A stretch of DNA of 64,000 nt from Methanobacteriota archaeon (GTDB taxonomy: Archaea; Halobacteriota; Bog-38; Methanoflorentales; Methanoflorentaceae): contig CAVRAO010000012.1 of NCBI GenBank assembly GCA_963719035.1, forward strand, positions 152,022 to 216,021. The letters are read 5' to 3'. The number at the start of each line of letters is the position of its first letter. Positions within the stretch are counted from its first letter, which is position 1. Below the pieces are notes generated by a model. The model was not told where the DNA came from and did not search any database. It worked only from the letters and a program-made list of their open reading frames with translations. Below, piece by piece: positions 57,653-64,000 of the stretch. The translations under genes were made by a program, and so were the position numbers.

Positions 57653-58231
57653 ATGAAAGCGTACCTATCGGACACTGACATGAAAGATAAGATCAAGCTT
57701 GATAACGCTGCAAGTACGGTTTTTGCCCCCCAACTCGTTGGCTTGGTAACTACCATAGATCGTACAAGTCAGCCTAACGTAGCGACCTTCGCTTGGGTAA
57801 TGAGCACTTCGCACGACCCAGAGCTCATAGCAGTAAGCGTTTCTAAAGCGCGCTATACCTACGAGTGTTTAACTGATGAATTTGTCATCAATTTGCCAAC
57901 GAAGGAATTGGTCGAACAGGTATGGACCGTTGGAACCCTATCGGGGCGGAACGTGAACAAGTTTCATGTCGCCGGGTTGACGCCCATTTCTTCCGAGATA
58001 GTAAAGCCACCCCGCATAGCTGAGTGTCTAACTCACATCGAGTGTCGAATCGTCAACACGCTAGAAACGGGCGACCATACCATCTTTATCGGTGAAGTCG
58101 TGGCAAAATCGGGCGACCTCGATGCGATAAAGGACGGCACACTCAATGAGAACGTTGAGCCTTTGTTTCATCTTGGAGGCACAAAATTCCTTACTGGCCG
58201 GGAGCGCATTGATGTGAACAAGCTTGACTAG
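57653..58231 (+). CDS. Flavin reductase-like (FMN-binding split-barrel) protein
   Basis: 192 aa. ...LVGLVTTIDRTSQPNVATFAWVMSTSHDPELIAVSV...GDHTIFIGEVV is the pattern typical of the flavin reductase domain. Confidence 0.78.
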   Translation: MKAYLSDTDMKDKIKLDNAASTVFAPQLVGLVTTIDRTSQPNVATFAWVMSTSHDPELIAVSVSKARYTYECLTDEFVINLPTKELVEQVWTVGTLSGRNVNKFHVAGLTPISSEIVKPPRIAECLTHIECRIVNTLETGDHTIFIGEVVAKSGDLDAIKDGTLNENVEPLFHLGGTKFLTGRERIDVNKLD

Positions 58232-58465
58232 GGCAAATAAAGTTTTTAACTGGGTGACGAGATAACATAAGCCGCTGAGTGCAATGTTTCAACTATACAA
58301 TAAGCGAGAGCCATCTGGTCGCCGACTTTCAAGCGGGCGTGATTCACTCTCTCTTAGAGACTTCGACTTCTTCGCTCATTTTGACTTTGCGGCAGCAGTC
58401 AGTGGCGCAAGCGATGCTTCCAAAATCAGGACGAGGTGCGGCCACACCGGCACTGCGTCGCGCAC

Positions 58466-60037
58466 ATGGAGGGGTCAGCCGTGAGCGGAGCGCGAACTGT
58501 CGTCCTGCGACGAGAGGAGTTCGACGCCGTCGTGTTCGATATGGACGGGGTAGTCACCAAGACCGCCGCCGTCCATGCCATCGCGTGGAAACGGCTCTTC
58601 GACGACTACATGGAGGAGCGCTCGCAGAGTACTGGCGAGGACTGGCGTCCGTTCGACGTGGAGGTCGACTACCGCCAGTACGTCGACGGTAAACCGCGCT
58701 ACGACGGGGTGCGCAGCTTCCTCGCCTCGCGAGGCATCGCCCTTCCCGAGGGCACGCCCGATCATGCCGCCAACGTGGACACGGTGTGCGGGCTCGGGAA
58801 CCGGAAGAACGGCTACTTCTTGGAGGAGCTCGAGCAGCATGGGGTGAGCGTGTTCGAGAGCACCGTTAGGCTCGTGCGCATTCTCCACGGCGTCGGCATC
58901 GGGACCGCCATTATCTCGGCGAGCAAGAACGTGGCGCTCGTCCTCGGCGCCGGGGGCGTCGGCGACCTCTTCCCGGTCTGCGTGGACGGCATCACGGCGG
59001 CCGAGATGGGACTACCCGGCAAGCCCGATCCGGCCGTTTTCGTGGAGGCCGCGTGCAGGCTCGGCGCCAGCATAGAGCGCACCGTCGTCGTCGAAGACGC
59101 CCGCGCCGGTGTGAAGGCCGGCCGCCGGGGCGGCTTCGGCCTTGTGATCGGGGTCGACCGCACAGGCGATGCCGAGGGTCTGCTCGCCGCGGGTGCCGAT
59201 GTGGTGGTCTCCGACTTGGCGGACGTGGTCGTGGACCCCCCTTTCAGTCCGTCCGCTCTGGTCTGTGCGGGCGACATCGACCGGCGGCTCTGCCAGGCTA
59301 CGCCGGCGCTCTTCCTCGACTACGACGGGACACTGACTCCGATCGTGGCACACCCGGACCTGGCCGTCCTCTCCGACGACATGAGAGCGGTGCTCGAGCG
59401 TTTGGCTGCGCACTTTCCGGTGGCAATCATCAGCGGCCGCGAGCTAGCTGACGTTCGTCGGATGGTCGGCATCGACGGTATCGTGTACGCGGGCTCGCAC
59501 GGGTGCGATGTCGACGCCCCCGAGGCGCTGGGAGGGCGCGTCCAGCACGCACCCCTCGCGGCCAGCGACGACGTGGCGGCGGCGCGCGCCGCCCTCACAA
59601 GGAAGGTGGAGGACATTCCTGGAGCTTGGGTGGAGCACAAGACCTTCGCGGTAACGGTGCACTTCCGCCAGACGCCTCCCGACCAGGTGCCGCGCGTCAT
59701 GGCCGCTTTCGATGAGGTCGCTCCCGTCTTCCCCGGACTGCGCAGGACCACCGGCAAGATGGTCCTCGAGCTGCGACCGGCCATCGCCTGTTACGACAAG
59801 GGCAAGGCGCTGCTGTGGCTGCTCGAGCGGCTGGAGACGGCCGTAGGGGCGTACGTGCCGGTCTACATCGGCGATGATACCACCGACGAAGACGCGTTCC
59901 GGGCGATCGCCGGGCGCGGTGTGGGCGTGCGCATCGGCGACCCACACGATGTGACCGCCGCCGATTACAGCCTCGCCGATGTGGGGGAGGTCCTGAAGCT
60001 CTTCCGCGCGCTCCTCGCTTTGGAGGAGCCGTCGTGA
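58466..60037 (+). CDS. Two-domain HAD protein: beta-phosphoglucomutase-like HAD domain plus trehalose-phosphatase (OtsB-like) domain
   Basis: N-terminal VVFDMDGVVTKTA ... VVVEDARAGVKAG. C-terminal LFLDYDGTLTPIV ... YIGDDTTDEDAF. High G+C. I prefer the start at ATG 58466. Confidence 0.85.
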   Translation: MEGSAVSGARTVVLRREEFDAVVFDMDGVVTKTAAVHAIAWKRLFDDYMEERSQSTGEDWRPFDVEVDYRQYVDGKPRYDGVRSFLASRGIALPEGTPDHAANVDTVCGLGNRKNGYFLEELEQHGVSVFESTVRLVRILHGVGIGTAIISASKNVALVLGAGGVGDLFPVCVDGITAAEMGLPGKPDPAVFVEAACRLGASIERTVVVEDARAGVKAGRRGGFGLVIGVDRTGDAEGLLAAGADVVVSDLADVVVDPPFSPSALVCAGDIDRRLCQATPALFLDYDGTLTPIVAHPDLAVLSDDMRAVLERLAAHFPVAIISGRELADVRRMVGIDGIVYAGSHGCDVDAPEALGGRVQHAPLAASDDVAAARAALTRKVEDIPGAWVEHKTFAVTVHFRQTPPDQVPRVMAAFDEVAPVFPGLRRTTGKMVLELRPAIACYDKGKALLWLLERLETAVGAYVPVYIGDDTTDEDAFRAIAGRGVGVRIGDPHDVTAADYSLADVGEVLKLFRALLALEEPS

Positions 60038-62461
60038 GCGGCATCGGTCCGGCTGCCTCTGGGCGAAGCGGAGACCGATGGACGCTGACCTACGAGGGGT
60101 ACTGCCCGGAGGACGAGGGGTTGCGCGAGGCTCTATGCGCCGTGGGCAACGGGTACTTCGTGACTCGCGGCGCCGGCGCGCAGAGCTGTGCGGACAGCGT
60201 GCACTACCCCGGTACGTATCTAGCTGGTGGCTTCAATCGCTTGGTTAGCGACGTGGCCGGACGAGCTATTGAGAACGAGGACCTCGTCAACCTGCCCAAC
60301 TGGCTACCTCTCACGTTCCGCGTCGAAGACGGTCCGGAGTTCGATGTCGATAGCGCCGATCTGCTGCAGTACCGGCAGGAGCTCGACCTCCGCCAGGGCG
60401 TCTTGAAACGCGCGCTAGTCTTCAGGGACGATGCTGGTCGCGAGACCGAGCTGACCGAGCGCCGCTTCGTGAGCATGGCGGACAAGAACCTTGCGGCCAT
60501 CGAGTTGACGCTCACTGCGCGTAATTGGTCCGGCAACGTTACCTTCGTGTCGGCCCTTGACGGGTCGGTGGTCAATACCGGCGTGTCGCGATACCTCGAC
60601 CTAGCTTCGGACCACCTCGAGCCCGTCGCCGCATCGCGACCGAACCCCGACACGATCTGTCTCGTTGCGGAGACCTCGCAGTCACACATCCGCATCGCCG
60701 AGGCCGCGCGCACGCGGCTGAATGTCGGCGGCGACCCCGCGCCCGTCGCCGCCGAGCTGACCGAGCGGACTAGCTACGTCGGGCTGGTGCTGCCGGCAGT
60801 GGCTCAGTGCGGCGTCCCACTGACGGTCGAGAAGACCGTCGTCCTGTGTACGTCACGTGAGAGCGGCATCTCCGAACCCACGTACGCCGCTCTCACGCGG
60901 CTGGAGGGCGCAGGCGACTTTGCCATCCTCCTCGAGAGCCACGTCGAGGCCTGGGACGCGATCTGGCGCCGCTGCACCGTTGAAGGAGGTAACGACGATC
61001 ACGTAGGCATGCTGCTTCACCTCCACGTGTTCCACGTGCTGCAGACCGTTTCGCCGCACACCGTCGACCTAGACGCCGGTCTGCCAGCGCGTGGCCTCCA
61101 CGGCGAGGCCTACCGCGGCCACATCTTCTGGGACGAGCTCTACGTGTTCCCGTTTCTCACTGGCGTCTTCCCCGAGATCACGCGGGCGTTGCTGTTGTAC
61201 CGCTACCGGAGGCTGCCGGCGGCCGTGCGGGCGGCCCGCGCGGAGGGGTTCAGGGGGGCTATGTTCCCGTGGCAGAGCGGCAGCGACGGCCGCGAAGAGA
61301 CGCAGGTGGTGCACCTCAACCCGAAGTCCGGACGCTGGCTGCCAGACAACAGCTATCTCCAGCGGCACGTGAACGTGGCGATCGCCTACAACATCTGGTG
61401 CTACTACGAGATTACTGGCGATGCTGCGTTCCTGCGCTCTTACGGGGCGGAGATGCTGCTGCAGATCGCCCGTTTCTTGGCGAGCCTGACGAGCTTCGAC
61501 GAGGCGCGCGGGCGGTTCGTGATACGCGGCGTCATGGGGTCCGACGAATACCATGATGCCTATCCGTGGTCCGACAAGCCCGGCATCGACAACAACGCTT
61601 ACACGAACGTCATGACCTCTTGGGTCCTCCGGCGTGCTCTCGACGCGCTCGACCGGCTCCCCGTTCTCTGGCGCGACGAGCTGATTCGCAAACTCCGCAT
61701 CGACGACACTGAGCTTGAGTTGTGGCGCGACATCAGCCGTCGCCTCTTCGTGCCGTTCCTCCCCGATGGCGTCATCAGTCAGTTCGAGGGGTACGAGCGG
61801 CTCGAGGAGTTCGAATGGGACGCCTATCGGGCCAAGTACGGTGATATCGCCCGCCTCGACCGCATCCTCGAAGCCGAGAGAGACACGCCGAACCGGTATC
61901 GTCTGTCCAAGCAGGCGGACACCCTCATGCTCTTCTACCTGTTCGCGGTCGACGAGGTTCAGCGGCTGCTCGTGGAGCTCGGATACGAAGTGGACGAGGT
62001 GATCCTGCAGCGCACTATCGACTTCTACGCCGCACGCACTTCTCACGGTTCCACGCTGAGCCGAGTGGTGCACGCCTGGCTGCTCGCACGAACCGACCCG
62101 GGCGTTTCGTGGTCGCTGTTCCTCGAAGCGCTCGAGAGCGACCTGTACGACATTCAGGGCGGCACGACGCGCGAGGGGGTGCACTTGGGCGTCATGGCCG
62201 GCACGATCGACCTAGTGCGCCGCGGGTTCGCCGGGGTTGAACCGGGTGCGGGGTCGGTGTCGATCGACCCGCGTCTTCCGCCCCAGCTGGCCACCCTGCG
62301 GGTCCTCGCTGCTCGTCGGGGGGTGCTGGCTAGACGTCAGCTTGGCGGACGGACTTTTGACGCTGTCGAACCGGCCAGGTAACGAGGCCGACGTGAAGGT
62401 CAAGCTCCGAGGCCTGGAGGTCGTGCTGGGTCCCGGCCGGTCGATGGAGACTGCTCTCTAG
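60034..62461 (+). CDS. Glycoside hydrolase family 65 (trehalose/kojibiose/maltose phosphorylase-like), 3' end shifted by an apparent 1-nt insertion in a G6 run
   Basis: N-terminal WTLTYEGYCPEDEGLREALCAVGNGYFVTRG, central GHIFWDELYVFPF and FPWQSGSDGREET. The start overlaps the upstream stop (GTGA). Track ORF 60034..62382 ends prematurely. The conserved C-terminal beta-sandwich continues in ORF 62237..62461 (GCWLDVSLADGLLTLSNRPG...). Confidence 0.85.
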
Positions 62462-62656
62462 CCCGGCCGCTCGGCCGCGCTAGGCCCGTTTTAAGGCTTA
62501 ACGCTTTGAACGAGCGCCCTTTTTTGAAGACGTTCTCGTCACATCCGGCGCCAGTCAAGTTGTGACGCAAACGCTGTGTCACGCGTTTAAACGCATTTCC
62601 TGTCTCACGCGGGATTATAGTGTGTCTGTGCTCACGCTAGATCAGAGGTGGACGTT

Positions 62657-63085
62657 ATGGCTACAATTATAGCGAGCATGCAGACTTACGAACAACTCGA
62701 CGCGGGTACCTCTTCGGCCCTGCGCATAAACAGGCGCATCGAAAACGAAGAGATACCACTCTTCATACGAAGGTGCGTCATCGACGCAACACGCTGGGAA
62801 GTCGACGGAACACGATATGATCAATGGCGCGCTGAAAACGGCAACGGAAAAATTCCCGCTACCGAATGGCGTGAACAAGTCGTCATTCCCCACCTACAGG
62901 AGCGGTTTGACGGGCTTGAACTGCGTGACGATGACCGTCTCTACGGGATTAGACACGACACCGCTGAGGAGATAAATGAACGTTTCTACAACCCGCAACA
63001 GCTTCGGGGGGCGATGCTTGCAAAGTGCCCAGGACAACGATGGCTATTCGCTCTTGGGTGCTGTCGAAGACACAGACCGCAGTAA
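62657..63085 (+). CDS. Hypothetical protein
   Basis: GAGGTG lies 6 nt upstream of the ATG at 62657. 142 aa, no motif recognised. Confidence 0.4.
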   Translation: MATIIASMQTYEQLDAGTSSALRINRRIENEEIPLFIRRCVIDATRWEVDGTRYDQWRAENGNGKIPATEWREQVVIPHLQERFDGLELRDDDRLYGIRHDTAEEINERFYNPQQLRGAMLAKCPGQRWLFALGCCRRHRPQ

Positions 63086-63155
63086 AGTTCGAGTCTCTTT
63101 CAAAGCTCAACTGTAACGATAACGCACTCTGTCAATAATGCGTGCAGCTGTCCAT

Positions 63156-63461
63156 TCACGCGTCATCGTACTCTGTGTCCGGAAAGGCGTCTTCGAATTC
63201 GAGCCTCCTGTCCGTGAGCTTGTTGTACAACATCACTGCATCTGCTAGGCTGAGCGGCGTTAGTTCCGGGTCGTAATTGTCGTCGTCGCCAAAAAACGGC
63301 ACCGTTATTTCGTACTTGAAGTAGAGCCCATCAGGCGTGCGGAACAGGTCGACGTTCGTGAGGCCGGTTTTCAGCGTTTCAATGCAGAACCGGTGCTCGT
63401 TTCGCGCAAGAAGAATTGCAGCATCCGTGTCGTACACCACACCGCCAAACGCTTGTCTCAT
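63156..63461 (-). CDS. Hypothetical acidic protein
   Basis: ORF with a plausible start at ATG 63461 (MRQAFGGVVYDTDAAILL...). No motif recognised. Confidence 0.35.
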   Translation of the reverse strand: MRQAFGGVVYDTDAAILLARNEHRFCIETLKTGLTNVDLFRTPDGLYFKYEITVPFFGDDDNYDPELTPLSLADAVMLYNKLTDRRLEFEDAFPDTEYDDA

Positions 63462-63860
63462 AACTACAGACCTGTAGAATGAGCACAAAGATAAGCTTTC
63501 TACGTGCGTCGAGAAAGTGACACGTGGCCCCGACGGGTGATGATGGCGCTTTTTGTTCAAAGGCGCAAGCAGGAGCGGCCTTCATCCGATTGTCTTGGCC
63601 TTACCCCCTGTACGCTCAAAAAGAGGTCATGATAACCCTTTAAACATCAGAACATCATCGAAAAGCATAACTTATTCCGTTACGCCCCTCCGTATCTCCT
63701 CGCTCATTATTTCTTTTTTTGATTTCAACCACATATAAGGCTCCGTTCACGACTTGATCTAAGGAGTCTACAGTTTACACTCATAAAGTTCCTTGCACGT
63801 GCCTCTCAGAACAACCCTATAGGCGTGCCTGAGGTCGTGTTTATGTAATCGTAGTGTTTG

Positions 63861-64000
63861 TTATGTGTAACCGTACGCGTACTTGAGGTCTTCATTCCAA
63901 GCGTCCGAGTAGCTGATTCTGGGATAACCGTTCGCGTCGAGGACGAGGGAAGTATATTCTCCCACGTACCCCGCTGTGTGGACGCGTTCATAGTGCCAGC
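63861..64000 (-). CDS. C-terminal end of a protein that enters from beyond the window end (beta-propeller-type repeat guess)
   Basis: My translation of the reverse strand: WHYERVHTAGYVGEYTSLVLDANGYPRISYSDAWNEDLKYAYGYT*. It resembles the G-x-x-S-L-x-L-D-x-x-G-x-P-x-I-S-Y...DLKYA repeat. The track ORF 63806..63991 is in another frame and looks spurious. Confidence 0.4.
   Translation of the reverse strand, partial: WHYERVHTAGYVGEYTSLVLDANGYPRISYSDAWNEDLKYAYGYT

Noticed and set aside
58279-62582. Many long overlapping ORFs in alternative frames and on the antisense strand (for example 58475..58888, 59320..59784, 61069..62184)
   Set aside because: They are an expected artefact of high G+C (few stop codons). 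Their sequences are Arg/Pro/Ala-rich nonsense, and the sense frames carry clear HAD, trehalose-phosphatase and GH65 motifs.

Overview
This window reads as an archaeal chromosomal segment. The evidence is aIF-1A, Pth2, GTP cyclohydrolase MptA, two geranylgeranyl-reductase paralogs, AbrB-PhoU type regulators, TATA-like promoters, and a tRNA carrying two bulge-helix-bulge introns. Spot counts of single 60-nt lines give about 42-50% G+C over most of the window.

Most of the content is housekeeping or accessory metabolism:
- htpX, a PspA / PspAA / PspAB envelope-stress module, and rpiA.
- A complete pst operon (AbrB-PhoU regulator, pstS, pstC, pstA, pstB, phoU), plus a second orphan pstS with duplication scars.
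- An FbaB-type aldolase with a PfkB kinase, pyrF, tldD/pmbA, pth2-truD, and an EndoIII-like glycosylase.
- An FTR-like / GXGXG gene string, a contiguous uvrB-uvrA-uvrC block, a CaCA antiporter, and a PadR-MFS pair.

Seven things are worth a second look:
1. Two roughly 580-nt non-coding modules (30592-31200 and 56190-56790) share collinear conserved islands, a promoter-like element and a GC-rich helix that keeps its pairing. I read this as an unannotated small-RNA candidate.
2. A roughly 4-kb G+C-rich island (58.4-62.5 kb) carries a HAD/trehalose-phosphatase gene and a GH65 phosphorylase gene. This looks like recent bacterial-type horizontal transfer or an assembly chimera.
3. tRNA(CAU) has a D-loop intron in addition to the canonical 37/38 intron.
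4. The pst duplication scars include a 14-codon relic ORF coupled to the orphan pstS by an ATGA overlap.
5. Two inverted paralogous mini-genes share a perfect 23-nt inverted repeat.
6. Three clear single-nucleotide frameshifts, and a possible fourth, sit in short homopolymers. They may be sequencing indels.
7. Several sub-60-codon ORFs with good Shine-Dalgarno sites are missing from the supplied ORF track.

No CRISPR array, rRNA gene or recognisable transposase was seen. All family names come from motif recognition by eye; no database search was run.
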